The notes: generated by a model from the letters alone, not told the origin. DNA of 64,000 bases from Octopus bimaculoides (GCF_001194135.2 NC_069001.1:28721345-28785344); one strand, 5' to 3'. Positions 13,583 through 27,612 are shown, numbered from the stretch's first letter. A program made the numbers and translations.

Positions 13583-13637
<55 letters not shown>

Positions 13638-13686
13638 CACTCTATCTATTTCTCTATCTTTCTACCTATCAATCAAGCTATCTATC

Positions 13687-13741
<55 letters not shown>

Positions 13742-13779
13742 GTTAGGCAACGTATGAGGGTTCGGTAATTTCTTACCGA

Positions 13780-14000
13780 ACAACCACAGAGATGATCTGT
13801 TTATAGTGATCGAATGTTTGTGTACGCATAACCTCACTACCTGCATCAGATCGACATTACCTGTACAGGTTCACCGTGTGCCCCACGTCAGATGAGGAAA
13901 TGATAGTAGAGCAACGTGAAATGAAATACTTTGCACAAGAACACAAGACGCCCGGTGTGGGAATCGAACCCGTGATCTCGCAATCACGCACTAAGCCATG
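13780..14000 (-). mobile_element. SINE family C-related copy (different 3' part)
   Basis: Shares gagcaacgtgaaatgaaatactttgcacaagaacacaagacgcccggtgtgggaatcgaaccc with family C; a short second fragment lies at 14928-15000. Confidence 0.7.
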
Positions 14001-15174
14001 ATGTCTATTAGCTAAAAGTACACGAAGGAGAGTCGATTGAAATATAGTTGTGCAGAATTATTTTAACACATTCGTATGCACTCAGACCCGGAATGGCGTT
14101 TGCTGCTGAAAATATCTCGGCAGAAAGTTTCTACAAATAGATGATATAAGTGAAAAATACACCGCTGGACGATAAATGACATCGTTGGTCGGTAAGTCGA
14201 ATGCGTTTGTGAAATGATTCGCTTCATCTATTATGGACACCGAATCCGTTGTCATAGTCTTCTAAGAACTGGCAATTTTTATATTTGATAATTTTATGCT
14301 CTACCTGGTCATTTCAGACAAAAATGATTTTACAGCATGTCCGTTTGGAATTATAATTTTTTCGATAAGCACATCGGTGGATAAAGTTGGTCTATTTTAA
14401 AATTGATTTATTAGTCACCGTTATTATGGCTAATGTTTTATTGTTGCTGTTTGTTGTTCTTTTGCTTATTTTTGTGGAGTTTTATTTTTTTAATTTTTTG
14501 GTATTATTTACTTCGTTGCTTTTCTTGCTGTTATAGTACCCCTCTGTTGGTTGTTTCTCTCCAGATTTTCCTTTCATATAAAGGAAGGTTATCAATGACT
14601 TGAAGCTGCAATCATGATTCCTTTTAGAAATAATTCAGGCAAAACAGTATTATCTAATGACGTGTTTCATAATTGGCCACTATGTGCATTCAAACATAGA
14701 TATATTTCTTTTGTTTTCCAGAACAAGTATGTGTAAATTGATTTGATTTATCATTGGTACATATTTTGCAAGGTAACTTTGGAGGCATAGAAATGCTTAA
14801 GAATAATCTAACTTATATCTATGTCTTAATACAACAAAAGAACTGTACATAAGGCTACTTGGTAGATTATAAAATCTAATTGCATTTCATTGGCACGAAA
14901 TAAATGTGTCCTGTTGCTCAACTGTTATAAATGCTTTGCACAAGAACACAAGACGCCTGGTGTGGGAATCGAACCCGTGATCTCACAATCGTGAGTATAC
15001 CAAGAGAAATCACTTCCCAAGTATTTCCTCAGAACTGAATTTAATAGTTTTACTAACATCGTCCGTTCTTCTTCTGTACCAATTAATATCTTGTAGATTT
15101 GGTGCAAATTCAGTTTTTAGCAGACAGGATAATTCAACTATATTGAGCCTAGTAATTTACTGTCACTTTATATT

Positions 15175-15292
15175 TTCGACAGCCTAGGAATTGAAAACTG
15201 ACTTTTACCTCGGTAGGATTTGAACTCAGAGCACCAAGAGCCGAAAATGTTACTGACTATTTTCGACTTGCTAACATTTCTGCCAGTTCACC
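15175..15292 (-). mobile_element. SINE family A, degraded 5' part
   Basis: acctcggtaggatttgaactcag...gctaacatttctgccagttcacc. Confidence 0.6.
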
Positions 15293-15772
15293 AAGAAAGA
15301 ATGAATAACATTATAATTTTCGTTGCGGAAGTCACCATTCTATCCAATAGGTATCTATGTATTCCAAAGCTGATATTCAATTGTATTTCTAGGTCTCCGA
15401 AAGTTAATATTATAAAGGCTCTCTATTATTCTAAAATTGATGGTTGATCGCTCTGTAGTAAATGATGAATATTTTCATGTTTTACATAAAAGTTAAAATG
15501 AAAGTCAGACCTACCAGGATTTGAAACCAACATTCGCAATTCTGCCTAAATTGTATTTGTTATGTTATGATTAAAAACTACTCCTCCGAATTATCATGGA
15601 ATTCTCGTTTGAATTCAATGCGTAGCACGTGATGTAAGATGTATCCTCTCCGCTAGTGTTGGATAACAACTTGAGTATAAACATGTGGTTCACTGGAGCT
15701 TCGTAATAATCAGTCACAAATAGACAAACACAAACACGCGCACGTATACACGCACACATACTCACTTGTATG

Positions 15773-15814
<42 letters not shown>

Positions 15815-16678
15815 GAGAGAGAGAGAATGGAAGGAGATAGATGCATGTGTTTATGAATGTATTTCTGTGCATCTATATGTGCGTATTGAAACCAGCATTT
15901 TGATTAGTAACTTATCGTTTTGATCTATAAAATACCGTACATCTAAAATATACATGCATCACAATGAAGCAAGATCGACATGCTGAATCGACTACAATTT
16001 ATTCACCATGTTGCCCCAGCATGGGCAAAATACAATGACTAAAACCAAAAAATATAAAATAGACTAAAAAAAATTATGAATATGTAGAAATATTGGTGTA
16101 TGTGTGCAGGACATTTTTTTTAAGCATGCAACAACATTTTATGAGCGTGTTTTAGAAGACGTACGAATGTGTCACTAAATATATCCTTCTACAAACTATT
16201 ACATCGCATTGGGCATTAGTTCCATAAATTTTCCACACCAAACATTTTGCTTTATCTATGATACATTCCCATGAGAATGTTCTAGATAGATAATACAGTA
16301 GAGAGATTCCAGTTGCATCCATACTAACCATTAATATACATAATATGCAATATGGTTACTTCAACCAAATCTTAACGGTGAATCCGTTGAATGTTTTAAG
16401 AGATTTCTGTCTTATCGCCTCAACTGAATATGTTACTACCGAATTGATATCACAAATATTGCATCGATGAGCTTGATGTGTCATAAATATATAACGTTAT
16501 ACCGTGTTCGGCTGATGACTAGCATAGAGCACCAGCAACTGTGTACATACACACAAGCACTCTGAGAATCACACACACACCAACGTATATCTATCTAGCC
16601 ATCTATCTGTATATGTATTTATATGCACACATACTCTAAACACATAGACACACACATATATGTATGCATATATATATA

Positions 16679-16716
<38 letters not shown>

Positions 16717-16961
16717 CACATATATAAATAATTACGTACCTGACGTTATACAAGTAGATAGATATATCTGTGCGTATGAGTATGTGTGTATGTGTATATA
16801 TATATATATATATATATACATATATGCATGTTTATGTATGTATACCAATATATACACACATATATATATATATATATGAGAGGGAGAGAGAGTCGTATGT
16901 ATCTTGTCACGGCAGCCCAGCATATATGTGTATAAGCATGTTTGCTTTGCGGGTGGGTGGC

Positions 16962-16999
<38 letters not shown>

Positions 17000-19119
17000 A
17001 TGTGTGTGTAAATATATAGTAATGTATGTATTTGTGCATAGATATACATATCTCACAAGCTCACATACATATTTATGTGTGTATGTCTGCTTGTAATAAT
17101 GTATCTGTACGTGTACATGTATTGATTTTTTTTCTTCTCTATTTTGTATTATATGTGTTCATGAGAGCATGTTTATATGTGCGAGATTGTGTATCTCTAT
17201 GTGTTTCAAGATTTGCATTGTTAGATATATTGGAACAAACATAAAAATCATTCTAGTGAGGTTTTTCATTTCTGCTACTTGTTACTAAATTTCAAAGAGC
17301 ATTAAATGTTACTCTGTAAAAGTTTCTAGTATTGGAGAAATACTTTCTCATCGTACAAATGAATATATTTATTCCAACTCTAGTCTGGTCTTAATTTAAG
17401 CAGGATAAAATGGTATATGCAATGACATTTTCTGCGCATCTTTTCAACAATAAATTGTTAACTTCATGCCGGTCATGTTACACAGTCATATGATGAAAGA
17501 AATTGCTTTACGTATTTTGACAATGTCTAAATTATAAAATAAGTTCAATTTTGGCAGTCGTGTATCCGTGATGTAATTCACATATTATTGCTAACCAATT
17601 GAAATTCCTCTCTTTCTGCTCTCCCTGACTTTTTCCATCCAAGTCTATTTGTCTGTCTGTGTCTCTCTCTCTTTATATATATGTATATCTGTATGTCTGT
17701 CTCTATAAATATCTGTATTATATATTCCGATCTGGTATGGAGCAGTCAATAATTCCAAACGTACTCAATATATTATGAATTCGTTAAAGAAACGAATGGC
17801 AGAAGTAGAGTTGGTTTAATATGTTTTTTTCTACATCGCATCAAATATCTAGCATTCCAATTTAGTAGTTACTTCATTAGATAATAACTGTACATAATTA
17901 TTTAGTTAACAGATATTTCCTTAATCTAGAAATATATTCCACGACATACTATCAGCTAATAGAAGACAATGTGAGGTGTGTTAAGCAATATATTCACTTC
18001 ATCATGAGTCTTTCTCACTTTACAGCTGCCAATAAATTCGTTGTTGTTACAATGCATTCAACATTAACCTCAACACGCTCTATCGTACTATATGAAAACA
18101 TAAATCGAACCCATTCCAATTAGTGATCTTCTAGTTGGTTGCCGAACATTCCAGAAATATCAAATATACCTCAATAACCAACACGTTTCCGTCTGTGTCA
18201 AAAGGAAATACATTTTATCGGGTATTTTAGATTAATTCTGAATGAAAGGCAGAGGCGATTATCGCTAGAAGACTTTTGATCATATGCTCGTGTGGTCAGA
18301 GTTGACCTTGTTAAACAGTACCAATATTACTAGCTTACGAGAAATGCAACTATACGTTACAAGTAAGTCTGTAATATTCATTGGTCAAAGGTTTGATTTT
18401 TTTTTTTTTCCTTTTGGTGCGCTTAAAGAGATACCATAAAAGTATGTCTTAAGAAACATTGAAATTAATTGCATCTTATCCGGATAATGAATAGGATCTG
18501 GCTCATAACTCGTAAAAAATGTAATGGATAGACGTATACAATTCAGCATAGCCGGTCATGTTATCTTGCTGTTAATTTTACCTAATAATTCATTTCATCG
18601 TCGTTGCTTTTGCTGTTGTTGTTATTGATGCTCTTTAGCCAAAGTTTAACTATGATTAAGCTGACCTCGAAAAAGAGGCGTTCAAGTCGTAATCATCCTG
18701 TCGTCTGCTATGCAATTATTATTTCTTCAAAATTATGTTATCTTAGGGAAAATATTTCATCTAGTTTTTGTCGTTAGGATATAATTTGAAAAAAAAATTC
18801 GGCTATTACTGACGCACGTGCAGAACCACAGTCTGACCGTTTGTTTACCTTGCGAAGCATTCCTTAATATTACAAAATCCATATACATTATAGCAATAAG
18901 CTGAACCAATATGTAGCAATAGTTTTACATTACTGTACAGTTGTTAATGAAATAATGGGTTTCCGCCTTTTCTCAGCAATCTTGACAAGACATGAATTAC
19001 CGTGTTTCCGACCGGAAATGCAGAAGGATGTCTCTCAAACTTGAAAGATTAACAACGTGTATATAATTGCATTCGTTTTGTTGTTTGGTCATATTACTAA
19101 TATAGATTTCAGATTGTGT

Positions 19120-19315
19120 CACAAGGCTAACAAGATCGGGTAAGTGAGTAAGTAGATTACAATGGACCAGTGCTAAACTGGTGCGTGTTTTATCAACCCC
19201 GAATACATGAAAGGCAAAGTGGACCACTGCGGCATTTGATCTCACAACGTAAAGTCGGATGAGAGGGCGTCGAGTATTTTTCCTTTGAGTGCTAACAATT
19301 CTGCCTGCTTGGCAC
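19120..19315 (-). mobile_element. SINE family A (head-to-head with the next copy)
   Basis: ttatcaaccccgaatacatgaaaggcaaagtggacc...gctaacaattctgcc. Confidence 0.7.
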
Positions 19316-19346
19316 TTTGGTTATATTACTATTATTATGAAATGTT

Positions 19347-19562
19347 AGGGCGGAGAGCAGGCAGAATCGTTAGCTCACCGAACAAAATGCTTAGCGGCAT
19401 TTCGTCCGTAATTAACTTCTGAGTTCAAACTCCGCTAAGGTCGATTTTGCCTTTCATCCTTTCTGAGTCGATCAAATAAGTACCACTTGAGAACTGGGGG
19501 CGATACAATCAATTTAACTTCTTCCCCGAAATTGCTGGCCTTGTGCCCAAATTAGGAATCAA
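19347..19562 (+). mobile_element. SINE family A
   Basis: ggcggagagcaggcagaatcgttagc...gagttcaaactcc...cccgaaattgctggccttgtgcc. Confidence 0.85.
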
Positions 19563-20045
19563 TGATATGAAATGACGATAAATCACAGAATTAGAATGTC
19601 ATCAGAAACTGCCTTGCTACTATTCTCAAGCATGTATTTGTGCTGAGAACATAGGTACCAATTAAATAATTACTGTGATCGATTTGATCAAATGTTCCCT
19701 CTCAGGAATCCATGGTCTTACACCTACGCCAGAAAGAGATACAAATGTTAATTACAAGAGCGATGAATTACAACACTTCGTATTAAGTTACCAAAATGGC
19801 TTATATTCCATTACATATTTTCACATTATGAATTCAAACCCGTCTGATATGTTTTATTTAGTTACATTAGAATTCATCAATATTAAAGTGGCAGATCTTC
19901 CAGGAAAATATCATACGTTAATTATTCTGGTTTTCCCCGATCTAGCTTCGAATGCTCCCGCGATAAACTTTGCCTTTTACAGTTGCCGTGCCGATAGAAT
20001 AAGCTGAATATTGCAATTCGACCCTCTCTCTCAGAGACTCTGGTG

Positions 20046-20215
20046 TAGGAGGGTGGGCTGGAAAGTTCCTGGTTTTAAGGGTATCGCGAAAGATCTGTTT
20101 GGAGGATAAATCTTCCGAGTTCTTTTGCAGGGCTTAGAAAAACTTAAGGACCACTGCCATAAGTCTGCGATCGTTCTATATTTTCTGTTACCCTACTTTT
20201 CATCACCCCATCGTA
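20046..20215. mobile_element. Mariner-derived MITE
   Basis: TA at both ends; imperfect TIRs (taggagggtgggctggaaagtt versus the reverse complement of tacttttcatcaccccatcgta). Internal frame reads LLQGLEKLKDHCHKS, resembling the mariner transposase C-terminus (QG+EKL..RW.KC). Confidence 0.7.
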
Positions 20216-22088
20216 GTATCAAGTCACACATGTGAAGTGACATATCCCTCTCCTCCAAGACAACTACTTCCATTGAATCGTAATAAAACAAGGGCATGCA
20301 GTTAATTTAAAATTAATTAGCCAACGAGAAATGCAGTTAACTGGACATGAGATAGTTATGTCCGTTGTTTAGAAATACTTCGTCAAAACTTTCGTGAATT
20401 AATTTATGCAAACCCTCCAATCCGATTCTCATATCCACCAGAATTCATATAAATTTTCTCTCAGGTTTATTTAGTATGTAAAGGCGCGTAGCCTCGTGCT
20501 TAGAATGCTGCGTTCACAATTGTAAGGTTGGGTGTTCTTCAGCAAAGGACTTCTGTTCTCGTTACTCCGACTCATAAGTAAGCCTATTCAGCGGATGTAT
20601 TGTGATCTCGGTTAGGTATACTCCATAGAAACTTGTATACTTCTCCTATGATTCTTAGGAGTGGAGTAAGAAATGTCAAGCAGACATACTTTACACGTTC
20701 TATATAACGTTGCACTTACATTAACATTTTCCCCTCCCTTCACCTACCTTACTTATTATTGATTCGCATACCCCTTTTCTTTTTCTTCATTCTTTCGTCT
20801 CTGTGTTGTACGCCAGTTGTCAAAGAGAAGTACTTCAATTTACTTCATTTAAAACATCGACTCCTCTAGATAAAAACCATCAGTGAATGATTTTCTACGT
20901 CTTACAGTCAAACGTAGCGAACCCTGAGAAAAAAATATGAGACTGTTGGGAGAGAGAGAACGATTGATTTTAGTATTCGGCTGGTACTTGGTTTATCAAC
21001 CGCGCAAGGTAAAAAATATACCTAATTGACATGGGGGCGGTTTGATCTCAGAACATATAAAAGATATGAACCAAACGAGGTCCCCACATTGCATACTACT
21101 CAACGCTTCACCGATTATATCAGTGAGTCGCTTAGTATCCGTCACCCTAAGAAAACATTTCTTTTTCTGCCGATGGCTTGTGTTCGAATAGTTACAATTC
21201 TCTTCATATTGAGTGGAAAATAATTTATTCCACTCTATGAACTTCTTGCACCAGTAATAGGTCTAGAAACTGCTACATTTATGGATGGTTAAATCATTCT
21301 GTTGTAGCATCTAATACTTTGGTATACTTATATGAGATAAAGTCAATAACCTTCAAATTAATCTGATAGTAAACATTCAAATTTGGCGAAATGTCTCTCA
21401 GATATTTTAAGCATACGCCGTGCGTTTCAGATTTAGTTTTAATTGTTCTTGTGCGTGCTAACTCATGAAACACACTAAAATTTGCATATTTCATAAAGGC
21501 AACCCATTATATCCATTTTCATTCGGCAACAAAGAGATCTTATTGACTGGAGCACAATCTCATTTTGTGATTAAAACCCGGGTTTAACCTTTGTATTATT
21601 ATGAATTACATTTCAAAATTGTACTTAGCTTCATCGATCTAAACTTCAATATTGGCTTCGGTTATGTAATTTCTGGAATTTCATATGGCCAATACTTTTC
21701 CATACATTCGTTCTTTCATTCATTCATTCATTCACTCACTGACTCTTTCATTGTTCTTGCCTTCTTTATTATCTATCTTACTCCGTCTCTCTATGGATTT
21801 CATCTTTTCTGTCTGTCTATTCTCTTGTCTCTATTTCTGTTTCGCTTTTTTGTCACTTTTGTCTTTTTCCTCTCCCTATCTCTTCCTTTTTTCCTTTCAC
21901 TTCAATACAACTTTTATTCACTTTATCCTACTTTATTTATTTATTTAAGTATTTCTTCCTTTCGATTTATCACTTTCATCTCTACTTCCAATCTTATTTC
22001 TCTCTTCACGAAATCCAGATCTCTAACGCCCATATCTCCTTCACACATACCTCTCTCCCCACTTTTCCTCTCAAATCACATCAACTAT

Positions 22089-22121
<33 letters not shown>

Positions 22122-22125
22122 CATA

Positions 22126-22191
<66 letters not shown>

Positions 22192-22897
22192 CATATTTTG
22201 CTCTACCTATCTGTTATTTATTTATCATTCTCTCTCTCTATCTGTATATCGATCAATATCTATATTTCTATATACAGAAAATATATGTCTATATTGCTGT
22301 CTGTGTACATATCTATCTATCTATCTATCTTTTAATCTGTCTATCTGCCAATCTATAAATATCTATTTATCGATCTATATATCACTGGCTACCAATCTGT
22401 CTGTTTGTCCGTCTGTCTTTCTATCTTCGTTGTATGTCTATTTATTTCTTTATTTCTTTATATATTTCTCTCTTTATCCTTCTGTCTCCAATTCTCTCCC
22501 TGTCACTCTACCCCCGTCTCTCCTCCCACATTTTCTCCCCTCTCTCTATCACGATCTAACAATATTACATCAGAGGTTTTTCATTTCATTTTAATCTATT
22601 CAATACGTGCAGCCAATTCATGGTGTATTGTGCCTATTTAATTTAAAATTCAAGCAATGAATACACGTAATCTACCCATTTATGGAAAGGAAGTGCTAGC
22701 TGCTCACTTCCTCCTCCCCATTCTCGTCCTTCTCCTCTTCCTCGTCCTTCTTCTTCTTCTTCTTCAATTTATTTCACTTGCCTACGAATATGTATTTCTC
22801 TTTCCGCCACCTCCCCTGTAGTTCATCGTTACATAATTGCCTACTTATGTCATTTCTATAATTCGAAAAACAAACTCTCCGTCTCCTGCCACCACTA

Positions 22898-22932
<35 letters not shown>

Positions 22933-23129
22933 ATAGTAGTAGTAGTAGTAGTGATGGTGGAAGCAAGCAGCGGACAGAACCGAGGATAAAATTCTTCGAA
23001 TACTGATATCAAATACAATTGGAAGGTTTCAAGCCGTTCATTCAGCGGTGGTATATAAACGATCACGAATCCGTTTAACGATATCGACCGAAAACGTTGC
23101 CTTCGGAATTGGTTGACCATCCGCGACAG

Positions 23130-23878
23130 GAAAGTTTGCTCGATATCAATTTGTTTAGCCTTATTTCCGAGGTTGACATTATATTCGCATAATAGAGCGA
23201 CTTCACCCTTCGCCTTTTCTCGGTGGATAAATTAAATACCAGTGGAACACTCGGGTCTATGTTATCAACTAGTCCCCTCCCCCAAAATTTCATGCCTTGT
23301 GCCTTCAGGCGAAAGCATTATTATTATTAATATTATTATTAGTAGTAGTAGTAGTATCATCATTATTATTATTTTTATTATTAGTAGTAGCATCATCATT
23401 ATTATCAACATCATTATTATTAGTAGTAGTACGGTGAGCTGGCAGAATTGCTAAATGCTAACGTATTTCATCCGTCTTTAGATTCTGAGTTCAAATTCTG
23501 CCGAGGTCGACTTTGCCTTTCATCCTTCCAGAGTCGATAAAATTAGTACCAGTTACGTACTAGTTTCGATGTAATCGACTTAATTCCTTCCCCAAAAATT
23601 TGAGGCCTTGTGCTTCGAGTAGAAAGGATTATTATTATTACTATCGTGGTTAAAAAAAAAAATATTATTAAAGAGGCGACCTGGCAGAATTGTTAGCACC
23701 CCGGGAAAAAGCTCATCGACGTTTCGTCCGCGTTTATGTTCCGAGTTCAAATTCTCCCAGGTCAACTTTACCTTTCATCCTTTCGAGGTCGATAGCCTAT
23801 GTACCATTTAAGCACTGGGTCAACATAACCGACTTAACCCCTCCCCAAATGCGCTGGTCTTGTGCCAAAAATTGAACC
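23130..23878 (+). mobile_element. Three tandem SINE family A copies (about 23130-23310, 23432-23630, 23672-23878) separated by (ATT)n/(AGT)n
   Basis: Each has gtcgac/ttgac...cctttcatcc...gtcgata body and a ccccaaa...ccttgtgc tail followed by ATT repeats. Confidence 0.8.
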
Positions 23879-24186
23879 CATCATTATTGTTGTTGCCATC
23901 TGAAGCGTTAGTGTGTGTGGGAAATTGCTTAACTTTGTCTTTCATCGGTTCAGAGTCCCTAAAATAAAGTAGCAGACGAGAAGAATGGCCGTTGTAATAT
24001 CTCTTATCTATGTATATAAAATCCGCTTCGACAACGTAAAGAAAGAAAAAAAAAAATTATTTGTAAACATCAAAACAATATTAAAGACGTCTAGACTTCG
24101 AAATTTGTAAACATACATGCAGTTCGTGCATGAGGCAATCGTAGTTGCACAAAAAAAATAATGAATCTGAAAATTTCTTATATATA

Positions 24187-24595
24187 GGCGATGGAGTGCG
24201 TGGTAAGTAGCTTGCTCATCAACCACATGGTTTTGGGTTCAGTCCCACTGCGTGGCACCTTGGGCAAGTGTCTTCTACTATAGCCTCGGGCCGACCAAAG
24301 CCTTGTGAATGGATTTGGTAGACGGAAACTGAAAGAAGCCCGTCATATATATGTACATATACATATATATTTATGTATGTTTGTGTATGTGTTTGTGTGT
24401 CGGTGTTTGTCCCCCCAACATCGCTTGACAACCGATGCTGGTGTCTTTACATCCCCGTAACATAGCGGTTAAAGCAAAAGTGACCGATAGAATAAGTACT
24501 AGGCATCCAAAGAATAAGTCCTGGGGTCGATTTGCTCGACTAAAGGCAGTGTTCCAGCATGGCCACAATCAAATGACTGAAACAAGTAAAAGAGT
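24187..24595 (+). mobile_element. SINE family B, full length, well preserved
   Basis: gtggtaagtagcttgct...gggttcagtcccactgcgtggcaccttgggcaagtgtc...tgactgaaacaagtaaaagag. Confidence 0.9.
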
Positions 24596-24632
24596 ATATA
24601 TATTATATACTTAAGTGGCAAATATACTTCAC

Positions 24633-24963
24633 CTTGTCGTGCAGTTACTGTTAATACCTCGTTCAGAGATTTAACATTGCTTGTTTTCACTTTTTCGAGA
24701 TCAGTGAATAATTTCACTGGAAAAAGTATATACGTATTTGCATCGGGACATTTTTCGTATCGAAGGTCGGCGAATGTCGTACGCTGAGGACGGGTAAATA
24801 ACCAGAAACTCGAGTCCGTACGTATCGCAGATCAAGATGGGAAGGATGACTTCCCTTTGCAAATACAGACAGGACACAGATGTGTGTCAAGAGCCAGCTG
24901 GAGGAGATGTTCTCCTGGGGCTAAAAGCAGCAGTAACATCCACCCTTAGGGGTCAGCCGCATA
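24633..24963. mobile_element. Unclassified 331-bp insertion flanked by a 21-bp direct repeat
   Basis: taagtggcaaatatacttcac occurs at 24612-24632 and 24964-24984; the interior is more GC-rich and has several hairpins. Confidence 0.7.
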
Positions 24964-25725
24964 TAAGTGGCAAATATACTTCACTATACATATATATATG
25001 CTTGCGTGTATTATATGGTATATATACTGGTACACACGAGCGCATAATATATTCTCAATTTATCATTCAGACTCGAATATTACTCACCAGTCAACATCTA
25101 AGGCAGAGAAGGGTCACAAACTGAATCAGCCCAAAGTCGTAGATTCCGACCATGGTCATAGAATTCTAAATAGAAATCAACTACACTTCTCTGTAGTGAA
25201 ACAGCTATGTGGTTTCCTCTTAACCATATCAGAATGTTGAGATATAACGTTCAGAAATGACATCAGTTAATTTGAATGTATTACTTCATTGACTGGGCTC
25301 TTTGTGAGGAATATATCGATTAAAGCGGAAGTTGCTAGCAATACGTAATTAGTGGTTCGAATTTCGAAAGATGATGATTCTCACGAAGACTTCGTATTTT
25401 ACTATATAAAAGAAACGAATTCAGTACAAGACTAATTAACCGTGCAATCGTTGCTGTAACTGGAAGCTAGGTAAATCGCCAAGACTAACAAACCATATAA
25501 GATACGTATGCAAACATTACATACTTATCATAAATACATATACATACACACGCACACACACATATATACATATACATATTGGAGCATATAAGTATATGTG
25601 TGTGTGTAATTGCGCTTGTATGTGTATGTATGCATATTACATAGATACATCGGTGTAACTATACGCATACGTACTTATCTACCCGATAGAATTCAACAAA
25701 TCTAACCTTAGGCAAGCTATATTCG

Positions 25726-25977
25726 TTTTCTTCGAAACGTTTAAACGTCAAATACATTTCCTTTTCTTCGAAACGTTTAAACGTCAAATACATTTCCTTT
25801 TCTTCGAAACGTTTAAACGTCAAATACATTTCCTTTTCTTCGAAACGTTTAAACGTCAAATACATTTCCTTTTCTTCGAAACGTTTAAACGTCAAATACA
25901 TTTCCTTTTCTTCGAAACGTTTAAACGTCAAATACATTTCCTTTTCTTCGAAACGTTTAAACGTCAAATACATTTCC
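25726..25977. repeat. Perfect tandem array, 7 x 36 bp (ttttcttcgaaacgtttaaacgtcaaatacatttcc)
   Basis: Seven identical contiguous units with no spacers; each contains the 12-bp palindrome acgtttaaacgt. Confidence 0.97.
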
Positions 25978-26245
25978 TTAAAACGTATTGTAAGTCGAAA
26001 TACAGAGCAAATGCAGAAGATACATTTTCCATTAAAATGTTTCCCTGGCTGACAATAATCAGTCTATAGTCGACCGTTACAAGAAAGATATAAGAACCAC
26101 TACGATTTCGCTTTGAAGCCATTCAGAATATTTCTTATCTGACATGCCTACACAATAGTATTTAGATGTATGAGCATTACGGAGGAATAAGTAGATGGAC
26201 AATAAATTTACAATACGTATGTTTTTGCTTTATATCATGTATTCT

Positions 26246-26399
26246 GCGTGGCTGTGTTGTAAGAAGCTTGCTTCCCAACCACATGGTTCCGGCTTCGATC
26301 TCACTGCACGGCACCTTGGGCAAGTGTCTCCTACTATAGCATCGGACTGACCAATACTTTTGAGTGGATATGGTAAACGGAAACTGAAAGTATCCTTTC

Positions 26400-26436
<37 letters not shown>

Positions 26437-26689
26437 TATTTGTGTGAGTGTCTGTGTTTCCCCACCCCCACGCTATCGCTTGACAAACGATGCTGGTATG
26501 TCTCCGTAACTTTGCGGTACGATTCTGGTGTGTTTTGTCCCCGTAACTTAACAATTGGCAAAAGAACCGTTAGGATAAGTACTAGGCTTACAAAGAATAA
26601 GTCCAGCGGTCGATTTCTTCGACTAAAACCCTTTAAGGTGGTGCCCTAGTGCCGCAATCAAATAACTGAAACAAGTAAAAGAATAAAGG
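26246..26689 (+). mobile_element. SINE family B, full length
   Basis: Same head, body, internal (TA)n and tail as the 24187 copy. Confidence 0.85.
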
Positions 26690-27409
26690 AATAAATTTAG
26701 GGACAAGTATATCATCTACAGTAGGTGGGCACCCCAACGAACCAAAGGACCTCTACAGTGCATTAATTTTCGACCTTACAATGGCTTTCATTAAACGAAT
26801 GAAAGAAATGCTAAGCTGGGTGTCTCTGCTATTTTATCTCTGCTAATGCTCAAAATCAAAGTTGCGATGTTTCCTGGAATTGATCTATAGATTCTCAGAC
26901 GAACTTGAGAAATGGTAAGTTACCGATTGTTGTTGGGGCACTAGCGAAAGAAATCTGTGCAGACAAGGAGTTTTAAACACTGACCAAACGTTGCGTCTAA
27001 GACGCTTGCGTGATCACATGATTGCCATACGCGACCAAGACATGGTTGTCATATCTACGGAACATCAACTTATTCGAGAGTTATCATTAGGTGTTGCTCA
27101 AGCATATATTAAGCATCGGCTGGAAATATCTTACATGCGGTACAGACATAGCGGTAAAAGCGGATATTTTCGGTAGCGGACCTCCTCTCATCAAGTATAG
27201 AGATCTTCTTATCTATCCGATGGGTAGGTTCTATTCACCACTATATGGTGAATTACTTCTCGCGGATGATCTCGCTAAGTTTATGTATATAAATTTGCAT
27301 ACAAATGATACAGTGAAAGTGTAGTCATCAACTGTTGGATTGAAAAGGTATTTTAAAAATAATGTTTTTGTTGGACAAGATGTTGACTTGATTCTTGACA
27401 TTACGTACA

Positions 27410-27538
27410 ATAAGTCTCTTTCTCTCTCCCTCACCATCTTTCTGTCTCTCTCACTATCTCTCTGTATCTCTGTCTCTGTCTGTCTGTCTGTATGTCTCTC
27501 TCTCTGTCTCTCTGTCTCTCTCTCTGTCTCTCTGTCTC

Positions 27539-27570
<32 letters not shown>

Positions 27571-27612
27571 CCTCTCTCTCTCCCTCCCTCTCTCTCTCTC
27601 CCTATCTCTCTT
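27410..27612. repeat. About 200-bp (CT)n/(CTGT)n pyrimidine-rich tract
   Basis: Direct reading; source of the RE/SL ORF artefacts. Confidence 0.95.

Noticed and set aside
14185-14200. Isolated consensus donor gtaagt as a first exon
   Set aside because: Such hexamers are expected many times by chance in 64 kb of AT-rich DNA; no other support.
21591-22358. 255-aa hydrophobic ORF resembling a membrane protein
   Set aside because: Product of a pyrimidine-rich low-complexity tract with (CATT)n, (CT)n and (AT)n runs.
25659-25973. ORF with MYLTFKRFEEKE repeats
   Set aside because: Simply the translation of the 36-bp tandem array; no splice or homology support.
25726-25977. CRISPR array (36-bp palindromic repeats)
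   Set aside because: Units are contiguous with no spacers, there are no cas genes, and the context is eukaryotic.
26780-26913. Signal-peptide-like exon ending at ATG|gtaagt
   Set aside because: In-frame TAA interrupts the reading (MLSWVSLLFYLC*).
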